A stretch of DNA of 64,000 nucleotides. Origin: a virus (taxonomy: Duplodnaviria; Caudoviricetes). A model generated the notes under the pieces. It did not search any database. It had not been told where the DNA came from and saw only the letters and a list, made by a program, of their open reading frames with translations. A program made the position numbers and the translations under genes. The DNA lies in the IMG/VR virus record IMGVR_UViG_3300011008_000999. One strand, written 5' to 3'. Every line of letters begins with the position of its first letter. Position 1 is the first letter of the stretch. Shown in pieces: positions 19,948 to 29,730 of the stretch.

Positions 19948-21351
19948 TTACTTCATACGTTTAATGGCTTCCTCAGCAAGAGGACTTCTTACACACTGAT
20001 CAGGCTCAAAGCGAATGATCGCACATAACGGACTACCTTTCATACAGTCTTTTGCATAAACCAAACCATTATTTCTCTTATCAAGCTTAGTATTATCAAC
20101 CTGTGAAGGATCTCCAGCAATAATTACTTTTGTATTCTGACAAGGTCTTGTAACTACATCTTTAATAAGATTCTTAGAAGCATTCTGCGCTTCATCACAG
20201 ATAAGATATGCATTGTTAATTGAACGACCTCTAATAGAATAAAGAGGACATAATTCAATATATCTATCATACATCATATCTTCAATGACTCTTCTTGTAT
20301 CTGCAATAGGTGTGTCTTTATCTCCAAGAATAACTTCGAGGTTATCCATATAAGATGCAACCATAGGACCCATCTTTTCCTCAAGTGTACCAGGTAAGTA
20401 ACCAAAGTCCGCATCAGACGTATTAGCATTAGGTCTAGAAATTAGAATTCTATTATAGATTTCCTGTGTATCATTATCTGACTTCTTTTTGCTAATACCT
20501 AACTGATGTAATCCACACGCCAATGATGCAAATGTTTTAGATGTACCTGCAGGTCCTTCTAGAATAACTAAAGGAATATCAGGATTAGTTAATGCCCACA
20601 TTGCGTATGTTTGCATCTTATTAAGTGGATGAATATTTCCATGTACAATAATATCATTGATCTGTTTAATAAGACCTTTCTGATATACTGTAAGTACACA
20701 TTTATCACCACATGTAATAGTTACAAACTGATTTTCATATAATGGATATTCTAATTTTCCAATTTCATCAATCAATTCTGCTTCTATTTGATGCTTCTTA
20801 TAAATTTCATCTATAATAGTCCAATCTGCAATTTCAAGATTTAAGTGACCTGAATATCCAATATACTCAATCTCTTCACTTTTTATAGTATCAGCATTAA
20901 CATCACATATAAGTGAATTAATAAAACATCCAGTATCATTTGTGAGAAGAGTAACTGGACTATCTTTAAGATAGTTCTTATTCATATGTACGCAAGAAGA
21001 AATTATTCTATTGTCTGGAACCGATATATCGTATCCTTTAGGAAGATTAGAAACATCAACTCCGTCTGGTTCAAAGAATAATTTTCCACCATTAGGAAGA
21101 TCAATTCCTTGATCTCTTACAATTTTAATTCTTTCTTCTTTAGGTACATTGTCAATTGCATCTTTAATTAAATTAGCAATGATACGAAGAGCTTCTCTAG
21201 CATTATAACCAGGCTCTCCTTTATCTCTCTTATGTGCATCTAATTCCTGAATAACTGTACCACAAAGACGAACATTATTATCCTCGAAATTAAAAATAGC
21301 ATTAGGATTGGACATCAAAATATTGGTGTCAAGTAAATAATTCTTTACCAA
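19948..21351 (-). CDS. phoH: PIN-PhoH family protein
   Basis: YLLDTNIL PIN; GPAGTSKT; GYLPGTLEEK; RGRS; DEAQN; GDPSQVD. Confidence 0.92.
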   Translation of the reverse strand: MVKNYLLDTNILMSNPNAIFNFEDNNVRLCGTVIQELDAHKRDKGEPGYNAREALRIIANLIKDAIDNVPKEERIKIVRDQGIDLPNGGKLFFEPDGVDVSNLPKGYDISVPDNRIISSCVHMNKNYLKDSPVTLLTNDTGCFINSLICDVNADTIKSEEIEYIGYSGHLNLEIADWTIIDEIYKKHQIEAELIDEIGKLEYPLYENQFVTITCGDKCVLTVYQKGLIKQINDIIVHGNIHPLNKMQTYAMWALTNPDIPLVILEGPAGTSKTFASLACGLHQLGISKKKSDNDTQEIYNRILISRPNANTSDADFGYLPGTLEEKMGPMVASYMDNLEVILGDKDTPIADTRRVIEDMMYDRYIELCPLYSIRGRSINNAYLICDEAQNASKNLIKDVVTRPCQNTKVIIAGDPSQVDNTKLDKRNNGLVYAKDCMKGSPLCAIIRFEPDQCVRSPLAEEAIKRMK

Positions 21352-21365
21352 TGTTATTATCTCCT

Positions 21366-22031
21366 TTAGATTATCTCATCTATATCGCAATCTTCACCGA
21401 CTATACAATCTACTACTCCAACTTCCTTAGCCTTTTTAGGGAGGAAATACCATTCAACTCTATATTTTTCATCATAGAGCTCAGGAGTAATTTTTGTATG
21501 GTTTATAATATGGTCTTTAGTAATTGCTTCAAGTTCGCCTAATTCAAAATCCATTCGATCTTTCATTTTTGCGGTTGAACCGTATGCACCATTTGAACCA
21601 TCATGCATTAAAAACTCTGCATGTGGCATAGCGAATCTTTTCTGACCTGCAATAAAAATGAGAAATCCCATACTATAACACATTGCCTGATTTATTGTAT
21701 AAACAGGTGTCTTGCTAGTAAGAATTGCATCGATTAAACCATAACCTGGACAAACTTCACCACCTGGGCTATTAATGTAAAGTTTAATCGGTACTCGGTC
21801 TTCAATAGGTTTGCCTTTATCTTGTCTGTTATATCTTAAGATATGCCAAACTATAGACTCGATAACCTCGTCATCGATACCAAAGTTAATATATAGTCGT
21901 CTACCTTCAAGTTCTTCAATATCAAAGGTATCTTCTATACAAAGATTAACTACGCTTTTTGCCTCCTCGTTTTTATTAGTTTTAGGTGTCGGCGTCTTAG
22001 CGCTGGCCTTGGTTGTTGTGTTTTCTGCCAT
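21366..22031 (-). CDS. ClpP-like protease
   Basis: IKLYINSPGG; CYSMG catalytic Ser; FLMHD. Confidence 0.85.
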   Translation of the reverse strand: MAENTTTKASAKTPTPKTNKNEEAKSVVNLCIEDTFDIEELEGRRLYINFGIDDEVIESIVWHILRYNRQDKGKPIEDRVPIKLYINSPGGEVCPGYGLIDAILTSKTPVYTINQAMCYSMGFLIFIAGQKRFAMPHAEFLMHDGSNGAYGSTAKMKDRMDFELGELEAITKDHIINHTKITPELYDEKYRVEWYFLPKKAKEVGVVDCIVGEDCDIDEII

Positions 22032-22074
22032 AACATGTTTCCTTTCATGATTTTTTATTAGATAGTCTTTCGAC

Positions 22075-22281
22075 TTAATCTACATCTTTTACGTCAAATT
22101 CATCAAAGAAATGAACCATAAACCACTCATGCGAGTCACTTATAATATCTTCATACTCTTTTTTAGTAAGCGTTGTTTCTATATTCTTTTTTGCCAATAC
22201 GTTAAAGCATACATCACTTACAGCATTATAATATTTTGATCTGAACTCACTCTTAATTTCTTGTTTTTGCTCGTCTGTCAT
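22075..22281 (-). CDS. hypothetical protein
   Basis: ORF with RBS. Confidence 0.6.
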   Translation of the reverse strand: MTDEQKQEIKSEFRSKYYNAVSDVCFNVLAKKNIETTLTKKEYEDIISDSHEWFMVHFFDEFDVKDVD

Positions 22282-22292
22282 GATAATACCTC

Positions 22293-22535
22293 CTATAAGT
22301 CTAAATGAAAATACTTAATAAGTACATTAGTAATTCTATTCCAAGAGTCTACAGTAAGTTTAGCACCTTTAATAGTCTCACCGGTAACACCATCACAGAT
22401 AGCATCGTCATCAAAATAAAATGGATTATCAGCATCTATTTTATCACCAAACTTTTGCAGAAATTTCTCTTTATACTCCAACTGATTTTCATAATTCGAA
22501 ATTTCATCTGAGAAAATATTTAATACGACTTTCAT
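22293..22535 (-). CDS. hypothetical protein
   Basis: ORF with RBS. Confidence 0.6.
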   Translation of the reverse strand: MKVVLNIFSDEISNYENQLEYKEKFLQKFGDKIDADNPFYFDDDAICDGVTGETIKGAKLTVDSWNRITNVLIKYFHLDL

Positions 22536-22582
22536 ATAGTTCCTCCTTTAGTAATAATTTACTGATAATCCATTTATGTAGT

Positions 22583-23095
22583 TTACTTAAAATCAGGCTT
22601 AAATCCAACAAACTTGTTACCACTGTATTCCTGTTCAGCGAGCTTACCTGTAGCAGTGTAATAATTTCCAGTTTTCTGAGATACAGCTTGAAACTTAATA
22701 GTCTGTCCTGCAAGAAGAGCTGCTACTTCTTCATCTGTGAATCGGTGTTCACTCCAAACTCTCTTAGGATTAACCTCTTTTCCATTCCATGTACCAGAAA
22801 ATCTTTCTACATCATCCTTAGGTTTCTCGTCAAATACTAACTGGAATCCAAGATACTCATGCTCATTACCTTCATCATCAGTAAACTTTTGAATATCAAG
22901 CTTACCTTTTGCCTTGTAAGGCTTACCTGCTTTAGATATTGCATCAAACTCTATAGTTTCTTCATTAAAGAGCTTGGCACATTCTTCAGCGGTAAACTCA
23001 TGACCTTCCCAATTAGGATTCTTACCCCATAACTTTTTAATACTATAAGGATTACCTTTCCAGGTACCATTTACTTTTTCTACTGCTTCGCTCAT
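22583..23095 (-). CDS. tandem-repeat protein resembling type IA topoisomerase C-terminal repeats
   Basis: Two about 80-aa repeats: GTWxG..W..HxFTxEE..L..xTIxF.AxS..G..Y.A.GKL..Q....xGF. Confidence 0.65.
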   Translation of the reverse strand: MSEAVEKVNGTWKGNPYSIKKLWGKNPNWEGHEFTAEECAKLFNEETIEFDAISKAGKPYKAKGKLDIQKFTDDEGNEHEYLGFQLVFDEKPKDDVERFSGTWNGKEVNPKRVWSEHRFTDEEVAALLAGQTIKFQAVSQKTGNYYTATGKLAEQEYSGNKFVGFKPDFK

Positions 23096-23311
23096 AATCT
23101 AAATTCCTTTCTAGAACAATTACATTGTTATAATTAAATAGTCTTTATTTTTCACGTTCCTTAAAGTGTTTACAAGCAGTCTGACCAAAGAAAGAAATAT
23201 GTTTTCCAACTAGATCAGACTTTAGACATACACAAGTGAATTTACAATTATACTGACAATCTCTACAATTCTTCCGTTTTATCGTTTTTGCCTTCATGAT
23301 TATTTACCTTT

Positions 23312-23566
23312 TTACATAGATGCAATGATTTTCTTATACTCATCGTCATCTGGAATTAGACTAGGCTGATTATTCCAATCAGTGATCCATATAATAGATC
23401 TATCTAAACACTCTTCTTTAGTTCTATTTGGATTATACTTATAGATAAGTTTAGCGTACATCTTAATATCTGAACGTCTATTTCTACAATCAGCTAATCT
23501 TTCCCATGCGGCATAATCATCAGATTTAAGCTCGTCTCGCCAATCGTCATTCCACTTTTCATCCAT
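23312..23566 (-). CDS. hypothetical protein
   Basis: ORF with RBS. Confidence 0.65.
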   Translation of the reverse strand: MDEKWNDDWRDELKSDDYAAWERLADCRNRRSDIKMYAKLIYKYNPNRTKEECLDRSIIWITDWNNQPSLIPDDDEYKKIIASM

Positions 23567-23589
23567 AGTATTACCTCTCTTATCTATCC

Positions 23590-23991
23590 TTAATATTTAC
23601 TTCTAATTTGTTCTTTACATTCTTCGCATATATGACCAGTTACATTAGCGTACATTTTATTAAGTTCATATGTCTTTTTGCATCCAGTACAAACACAAGC
23701 GTCTTTAAGAGCTTCATCAATAATTGTACTTAACTGTAAATGATGTTTATTATCTATAGTTGTTAAATAACCTTGAGCACCATATTCAGGTCCATCAAAA
23801 CAAATATATACACCAATATCAGTTCTTCCAGGTCTACATACTAAAGCAATTCCATACCATTCTTCATTAGTCTTTTTCTGAAACTGTGGTATAGGAATTA
23901 CAATTTGATCATCTTTTACAAAATCACATTTATAATTGTTTAGTTCAGCCAACAGATACCTCATATCTGGGCGACTATCGATATCTACCAT
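23590..23991 (-). CDS. hypothetical protein with C-terminal CxxC pairs (likely start MVDIDS)
   Basis: GGAGG RBS precedes ATG at about 23991, not the ORF-track start. Confidence 0.6.
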   Translation of the reverse strand: MVDIDSRPDMRYLLAELNNYKCDFVKDDQIVIPIPQFQKKTNEEWYGIALVCRPGRTDIGVYICFDGPEYGAQGYLTTIDNKHHLQLSTIIDEALKDACVCTGCKKTYELNKMYANVTGHICEECKEQIRSKY

Positions 23992-23995
23992 AAGA

Positions 23996-24361
23996 TTATC
24001 CTCCATTTCTACATATAACTCTGTCAAAATACTTAGGCACGTTTTGTAAGTCTTTATTCCTAATAGTGATTTCCAATAAAATATCAGCTTCAAGATTATG
24101 CACTTTAGCTAAATATTCATAATATCTTGTTATTTCATTTACTAATGAAAATACATCTTGATCCCACTCTTCTGCAACCCATAGAATAGCAATAGTGGCA
24201 TCGTCATAATATACAGACTCTACATAATAATCTCTTAATCCATAAGGTATATTACAGATGTTAACTGCATCTTTTTGTTCAGGTGGCATTTTATTACTAT
24301 ATTTTGGTCCATTGATCTTAATATCACAGAACTCTCTTATAAAACTACTTGCTTTCATCAT
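23996..24361 (-). CDS. hypothetical protein
   Basis: ORF with RBS. Confidence 0.65.
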   Translation of the reverse strand: MMKASSFIREFCDIKINGPKYSNKMPPEQKDAVNICNIPYGLRDYYVESVYYDDATIAILWVAEEWDQDVFSLVNEITRYYEYLAKVHNLEADILLEITIRNKDLQNVPKYFDRVICRNGG

Positions 24362-24686
24362 GGACCTCCTTTAGCTTTTCTTTGAAATTTATATATTCAT
24401 ACATTGTTATTCCTAAACTATCTATTGTATGTGAATAAAATGTACTATCTGCATATTTAATAAAGTCATCAGTAAATCGACGACCATCACAACATATTTG
24501 TCTGACATATTGTCTATTTTCTTTTGTGTTTGATTTTCTTAATAATTTTAACGTATTTTTAGTCGCTATATACATTGGTAGACTACGTGTATCAAAAAAC
24601 ATTAGTGAAAGTGGTCGGCTAAAAAACAATACAACACATATAATTAAAACTGTTATGCATGCTAATACCGACTGCACATTGTTCAC
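24345..24686 (-). CDS. membrane-anchored hypothetical protein
   Basis: N-terminal hydrophobic helix. Confidence 0.6.
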   Translation of the reverse strand: MNNVQSVLACITVLIICVVLFFSRPLSLMFFDTRSLPMYIATKNTLKLLRKSNTKENRQYVRQICCDGRRFTDDFIKYADSTFYSHTIDSLGITMYEYINFKEKLKEVHDESK

Positions 24687-25003
24687 TTCCTCTCTATATA
24701 TTTTCTAGTAGTAAAGTCTATACAATCACGAACTATTCTATTATAGAGTAATTCATCATAAGATTTAAAAGTACTCCATTTATATGGATGCTCATTAAAC
24801 TTAGCTTTACCTGTGATATCATAGTAGTCTTTATCTATTTTGCAGATAAAATGATTTTCAATTGGCAAGTAATATATCTCACCATTAAAGTGTTCTTTTA
24901 AAATCACTGCGAAATAATAACAATTACCATGCAGAAATAGGTCTTCAACCTCACTTGCATGGCAAAACTTAAACTTCTTTATGAATTTTTCAACATTATC
25001 CAT
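24683..25003 (-). CDS. hypothetical protein
   Basis: ORF with RBS; GNCYYFA..H motif. Confidence 0.65.
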   Translation of the reverse strand: MDNVEKFIKKFKFCHASEVEDLFLHGNCYYFAVILKEHFNGEIYYLPIENHFICKIDKDYYDITGKAKFNEHPYKWSTFKSYDELLYNRIVRDCIDFTTRKYIERK

Positions 25004-25011
25004 ACTATCCT

Positions 25012-25452
25012 CTACTGTACACTATCTAACAGTTGAGTAGGAGATAAGAACATTAAACAAGGAAAATTTCGTACAATACCAAATATGATTAAGGTGGATA
25101 AGAATATTCCAATAAACCATATAGTGAATTTTGACCATTTACCTCTGAATACATAGAATATATTTTGATATAAGTAAACCAATATAACAATTGGCCACAT
25201 AATAAATACATAAGGATTCCATCTAAATGCTTGATATAAGTCATGATCGTAAAGTACACTTTCTATAAGTCGAGTTGTACCACAGCCAGGACAATTAACT
25301 TCAAAATGCTGATGGATAGGACACTGGATCCTATAACCTATATGCCATTCTATAATTACAAAAGCAATACATATACAAACTATAAAGATATTTATAAGTA
25401 AGACCAGCTGGATTCTATCCACACTGGTCTTCTTGGAGGAGGGTCTATTCAT
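25012..25452 (-). CDS. DUF2752-like membrane protein
   Basis: CPI..CPGCGTTR..AFRWNP with TM helices. Confidence 0.8.
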   Translation of the reverse strand: MNRPSSKKTSVDRIQLVLLINIFIVCICIAFVIIEWHIGYRIQCPIHQHFEVNCPGCGTTRLIESVLYDHDLYQAFRWNPYVFIMWPIVILVYLYQNIFYVFRGKWSKFTIWFIGIFLSTLIIFGIVRNFPCLMFLSPTQLLDSVQ

Positions 25453-25463
25453 TTGATAATTCC

Positions 25464-25766
25464 TTAATTATTTGCGTACATTCCAGCACCTGCAAGAATA
25501 ATGTTGTACATATACTGCAGAAGTGCGATGCTGTCACCTCTGAAATTCTGGATCTTAGCGATTATCTTCTTCTGATAAGCAGTTGCCTCAACATAAGTAT
25601 TCACAAAGACAATCAGCTGAGTTTTCTTTTCTGCCATTGAAATAGTTTCATCAAGGCAAATCTGATCGAAATTCTTATGATATTCCTCAAGAGTAAAGGC
25701 AATTGAACCTTCAACCTTAGTAAAATCCACTGCGTTGTTCTTTTTCTCGTTAATTTTCTTTGCCAT
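25464..25766 (-). CDS. hypothetical protein
   Basis: First gene after promoter; GGAGG RBS before MAKK. Confidence 0.7.
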   Translation of the reverse strand: MAKKINEKKNNAVDFTKVEGSIAFTLEEYHKNFDQICLDETISMAEKKTQLIVFVNTYVEATAYQKKIIAKIQNFRGDSIALLQYMYNIILAGAGMYANN

Positions 25767-25800
25767 GTAAAATACCTCCACGTATTTTTATTATGATATA

Positions 25801-25834
25801 ATTATAACATGACAAAGTCAACTTGTAAATAGTT
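25801..25834 (-). promoter_or_regulatory. sigma70-type promoter
   Basis: AACTATTTACA-N17-TATAAT with extended -10 TG. Confidence 0.75.
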
Positions 25835-25891
25835 TTTAGAAAATTTTTTCAAAAATTTTAGTTACTTTGATATAATAAATATACACATTTA

Positions 25892-26353
25892 TTATACCTC
25901 CTCAAATTTCTGCTCTTTACGATTATCGATCTCAGCATGCTCACCACTAAAGTCAATAACTGTAGTAGAGTTCATGTTATCGAGATCAATTTCTCCTTCA
26001 AGTTTTACGTCATCAGCAACCTGTGACGTCATTCCACTATAACCTAAATCATCAAGACCACGTTGTTTGAAATATGTCTCTGTAATCCATTTCTGTTGTT
26101 CAAAATAATATTGAACACGAGAAATCTGACCTTGCATCTTAGTTATACCTGCACCTTTATGAGTACCATCTACAGTAGTACCAAGTGTCGAACCAAGAGC
26201 CATCATTGATGCAGTCTGTTCCAAACGTCCAGCAACGATCTAAATACGAGCAGCACAATTATGGGTAAAGATCATTTTCTTATCCATTGTTGTTCCACTC
26301 TTATTTAGATCACCTCCTTTACGTTTAAAAACTTTTTCTAAAATATTTAACAT
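25892..26353 (-). CDS. split-intein IntC (ends THN at 26258) fused to the C-terminal FtsK-like ATPase fragment; in-frame TAG at 26240-26242
   Basis: RBS plus MLNILEKVFKRKGGDLNKSGTTMDKKMIFTHN|CAARI*IVAGRLEQTASMMALG..KGAG..RVQYYF, in frame with ORF 25892-26224. Confidence 0.8.
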
Positions 26354-26363
26354 AATTTTCCTC

Positions 26364-27227
26364 CTATAATAATTTTCCTGCTCCATATACATGATAATTT
26401 CTTTCACTAGTATGTATTAAAACAGGCTTTGGAATCTTTCCAAAATTGTTTTTATTGAAATCCTTTTCATTATATAAGTCAATTCCATTTAATAAAGAAT
26501 TTAACTTATAAATCTGTATATTAAAATCTTCAAATTCATATATGTGTATAAGTCGTATATCTTTATTTCTGCACATAATTGATTTTCGTAAATGATAATC
26601 TTTAGCTATTCCAGCTTCTAATGAATGATACCAGGTTCCATTATACTCTACTGCAAGCGTTAATTCTGGAAAATATAAATCTAATTCTAATGGTGATATT
26701 ACTGTTTTTGTATTTTCAAATACCTTTCCATTATAATTGATATATTTTAGAATATTCTTTTCCTTATGACTTCTTCCACTTATAGGTGTATATTTGAATG
26801 ACTTAATAATATCGAGATATTTATTATCTACATATTGGTACATCTTTGATACACGTATAATTGGAATATCAAGTCTTTGCCAATCACGTCCATATAAATC
26901 AATTAACTTTACAATATGCGTACAATTATTTGATTTTTCAAATTCATCTATTATTTGATGCTTAGTTTTCCATTGATTTAAATGATCCACTTTACTAAAA
27001 TTGCTTTGGGCAATAACTTGACACCTTTTACAACAATACGTATTATATCCTCTATCCATTCCATAGAAGTTAGTTGGTCTATTACATACGAGACATATTC
27101 CTTCATTTGATTGTTTCATGTATTTATCATAATACGAATGTTTATCTAAATTATGATAACTAGTAATATGTTTACTTAATGGTTGAATATTTTTATATTC
27201 TTTACCACATATATTACATTTTACCAT
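26364..27227 (-). CDS. homing endonuclease (Zn finger plus Vsr-like nuclease)
   Basis: CNICGK..HITSYH; EGICLVC..YCCKRC; PLELDLYFPELTLAVEYNGTWYH. Confidence 0.8.
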   Translation of the reverse strand: MVKCNICGKEYKNIQPLSKHITSYHNLDKHSYYDKYMKQSNEGICLVCNRPTNFYGMDRGYNTYCCKRCQVIAQSNFSKVDHLNQWKTKHQIIDEFEKSNNCTHIVKLIDLYGRDWQRLDIPIIRVSKMYQYVDNKYLDIIKSFKYTPISGRSHKEKNILKYINYNGKVFENTKTVISPLELDLYFPELTLAVEYNGTWYHSLEAGIAKDYHLRKSIMCRNKDIRLIHIYEFEDFNIQIYKLNSLLNGIDLYNEKDFNKNNFGKIPKPVLIHTSERNYHVYGAGKLL

Positions 27228-27303
27228 ACAATCGCTTCCTTAGTGTAAAAACCATATTTTTAGACGTGGTCTGCTTAGGTTTTATTCTTTTTAATAGTCT
27301 CAT
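27214..27303 (-). pseudogene. 29-aa stub resembling the IntC N-terminus
   Basis: RBS plus MRLLKRIKPKQTTSKNMVFTLR; compare TTMDKKMIFTHN at 26.3 kb. Confidence 0.5.
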
Positions 27304-27326
27304 AATAATTTCCTCACAATTTCTTT

Positions 27327-27758
27327 TTACTCCTTATTGGTAGGATATTTAACTGCACTATTTCTCTGAAGTCTATCACAGAAATCAAGAAATGCTTCCT
27401 TATCTTCTGGATTAGAGAAAGGAACGGTAAATGTAAGTGTGCCATGTCCTTCAATAGTTCTATCCGGCTCAATCTTAAGTAAGAGCTTACCTGTGTTATC
27501 ATATACACTAAAGTTCTTTGCTTCGGTCTTGTAATTCGGATTGTTAGCATAAACTTCATTATCTTCTAACATGTCAGGTAAGTAATCAGGTAAATTACGA
27601 TTAACTTCTTCCTGAGCCTCTTTCTGAGTCATGCCATCAATTTCTACATTCACAGGAATCTGCTGAAGCTCACCCATAAGTTCAACAACCATTCCATTTG
27701 CAGCATCAGCATTTAATGCAATGTCAATATATTTTGCTAATACTTCTCTTGAATACAT
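27327..27758 (-). CDS. hypothetical protein
   Basis: RBS before MYSRE. Confidence 0.7.
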   Translation of the reverse strand: MYSREVLAKYIDIALNADAANGMVVELMGELQQIPVNVEIDGMTQKEAQEEVNRNLPDYLPDMLEDNEVYANNPNYKTEAKNFSVYDNTGKLLLKIEPDRTIEGHGTLTFTVPFSNPEDKEAFLDFCDRLQRNSAVKYPTNKE

Positions 27759-27779
27759 ACTAAATCCTCCTTTGTGTAA

Positions 27780-27847
27780 TAAAAACAAAGGTAAGTCAAG
27801 CTGACCTACCTTTTATTTTTCGCATCCACTATTATTATTAAATAGCT
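27780..27847 (-). repeat. dispersed promoter-hairpin unit (variant)
   Basis: CTATTTAATAATAATAGTGGATGCGAAAAATAAAAGGTAGGTCAGCTTGACTTACCTTTGTTTTT. Confidence 0.65.
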
Positions 27848-27868
27848 TTTTATGCGATTTAGTTATCT

Positions 27869-28120
27869 TTAATCATCATCTCTACCAATAAAGGTGAGTC
27901 CTTTTACTTCAAATAAACCTACATTTTCAAAGTGAATAGCTTTGTTTTCTGGATCTATTTTAACAATCTTGTCATGAAACATTCTACCTTGAGTGGTAAC
28001 TACATAGCATTTATCTCCAGTAATAAGATCACATCTGCCAACTGTACCAGTAACTACTATTCAAGAAGAGGTAGATAATGACAAATTACCTGATGCATAT
28101 CCACAAAAATATTTGTTCAT
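27869..28120 (-). pseudogene. 83-codon gene with in-frame TGA at 28061-28063
   Basis: GGAGG RBS; MNKYFCGY...*IVVTGTVGRC...; frame continues after the stop. Confidence 0.55.
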
Positions 28121-28129
28121 AATACCTCC

Positions 28130-28656
28130 TTAGTTATACCATCCAGGCTGTTCATACTTTTCTCTCATTTTTGGAAGACATTCTGGACAACATCTACCTG
28201 CAAATGAATATCTTTGCTGCTCTTTATATGGAACTGACTTTCCACATACTGGACAAGTGTCCATAGCTGCTTTAGCTTTACTTACAATATCAGATAAGCT
28301 AGATCCTTCAGGACCAATAAAGTCAGTAAGTTTTTCTGCTATAATTTTTAATTCAGCCTTTAGCTCTCTAGCAGAATATACACGCTTATCTACGCCTAAT
28401 TTCTTTGAACTAATTCTAACGCACAAATTACTATAATCTGCATAATCTGGATAGTCAACAGTAATTTCAATTGATGTTTTGAATATACTATATGTTATTG
28501 TACCACTAAAACATCCCAAGCACCTGGATCATTGTCATAATCTAAATGTCTTAAACTACCTTTACCATCTATATCAACATTAAATGGACCATCTGCACGA
28601 TTTGTAAAATCTACAACATATTTAGCTAGTCTAACTGTAGTATCAAAATTTCCCAT
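28130..28656 (-). pseudogene. frameshifted gene with C-terminal CxxC pairs
   Basis: RBS start MGNFDTT at 28656; one-base shift near 28515 joins it to ORF 28130-28519. Confidence 0.55.
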
Positions 28657-28672
28657 AGGTATTCTCCTTTTA

Positions 28673-29719
28673 TTATTTCTTAGGCTTTACTAAAACCCTA
28701 AAATGATAACATTGTCCATGTCGTCCTGAATCAAGAATGACATGTTCGTTATAACCACCTGCTCCAATAGTTTCAACTTCAGCTTTACCATCTTTACCGA
28801 TAATATAGCCATTGAGATTACCATCATCTGCAATATAAAGATATGTTGCATCAAGAATTTCACCAGTAATCTTAGATACTCTAGTCATAAGATCGATAAG
28901 TTTATTGTTCTTTTCCTGTTCAATCTGTTTATCTAGCCAATCAGGATCAAACTTACGACTTAACCAAGCTTGGAAGAATCCATCTCCGAATTTAGCTTTC
29001 CATTGCTCTTCATTTCTAACATACTTAGGATGCTCATCTGGATCATTCTTATCTCTATAACCAAAATGGACTAAATTGATGTATTCATAATTATTGTTAG
29101 GTTTGAATCCTTCATTAAGAGTGTCCATAATTCTATTGAATCTATCTTCACTCTTCCAGCAGTATTTTTGAATGAATTCTTCTTTATTTTCTTCAACTAG
29201 TCTATTGACTACTTCTACAAGACATTCATAATATAACTTATCACGTGTCTCCTTGTATTCCTGTAAAGCTTCTGGGTATTCTTCTGCTTTTTTAGTATAA
29301 TAACCTATTACTCTAGATTTCCATTCATTCAGGAACTCCTTGATAACTCCAGGGACTGAATCTTGGATATATTGCAACTTAACTTCTTCAAGTCTGAGTT
29401 TTTCTTTCCAATTCTGTACTACCTGTTGTGCATCTTTAAGTTTTCTAAGGTTATCATTTATAGCAGATTCCTTATCTCTAATATCACAAACTGTCCAATA
29501 AATGTCATGATAAAAGTCTTTACCTTGATATTCACGATACCAATCAGGTTTATCACATACATCATCATAAGTTATTCCAAGGTTGTTTTGTTCCATGATC
29601 TTATTGAGAGCCACGACTTTCTTTTCACCTTGAGTCTTATGACGTTCAATAGTCTTTTCGATCTTTGCACATTTTTCTTCAGCAAGTCGAACTTTTTCTT
29701 TTAGCTCATCAATAGTCAT
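28673..29719 (-). CDS. coiled-coil hypothetical protein
   Basis: 348 aa; C-terminal TIGAGGYN..HFRVLVK. Confidence 0.8.
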   Translation of the reverse strand: MTIDELKEKVRLAEEKCAKIEKTIERHKTQGEKKVVALNKIMEQNNLGITYDDVCDKPDWYREYQGKDFYHDIYWTVCDIRDKESAINDNLRKLKDAQQVVQNWKEKLRLEEVKLQYIQDSVPGVIKEFLNEWKSRVIGYYTKKAEEYPEALQEYKETRDKLYYECLVEVVNRLVEENKEEFIQKYCWKSEDRFNRIMDTLNEGFKPNNNYEYINLVHFGYRDKNDPDEHPKYVRNEEQWKAKFGDGFFQAWLSRKFDPDWLDKQIEQEKNNKLIDLMTRVSKITGEILDATYLYIADDGNLNGYIIGKDGKAEVETIGAGGYNEHVILDSGRHGQCYHFRVLVKPKK

Positions 29720-29730
29720 AAGAAAACCTC

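Noticed and set aside
26237-26311. Invertible DNA switch between the 14-bp inverted repeats
   Set aside because: Inversion would keep the TAG and destroy the IntC frame; no invertase is seen.
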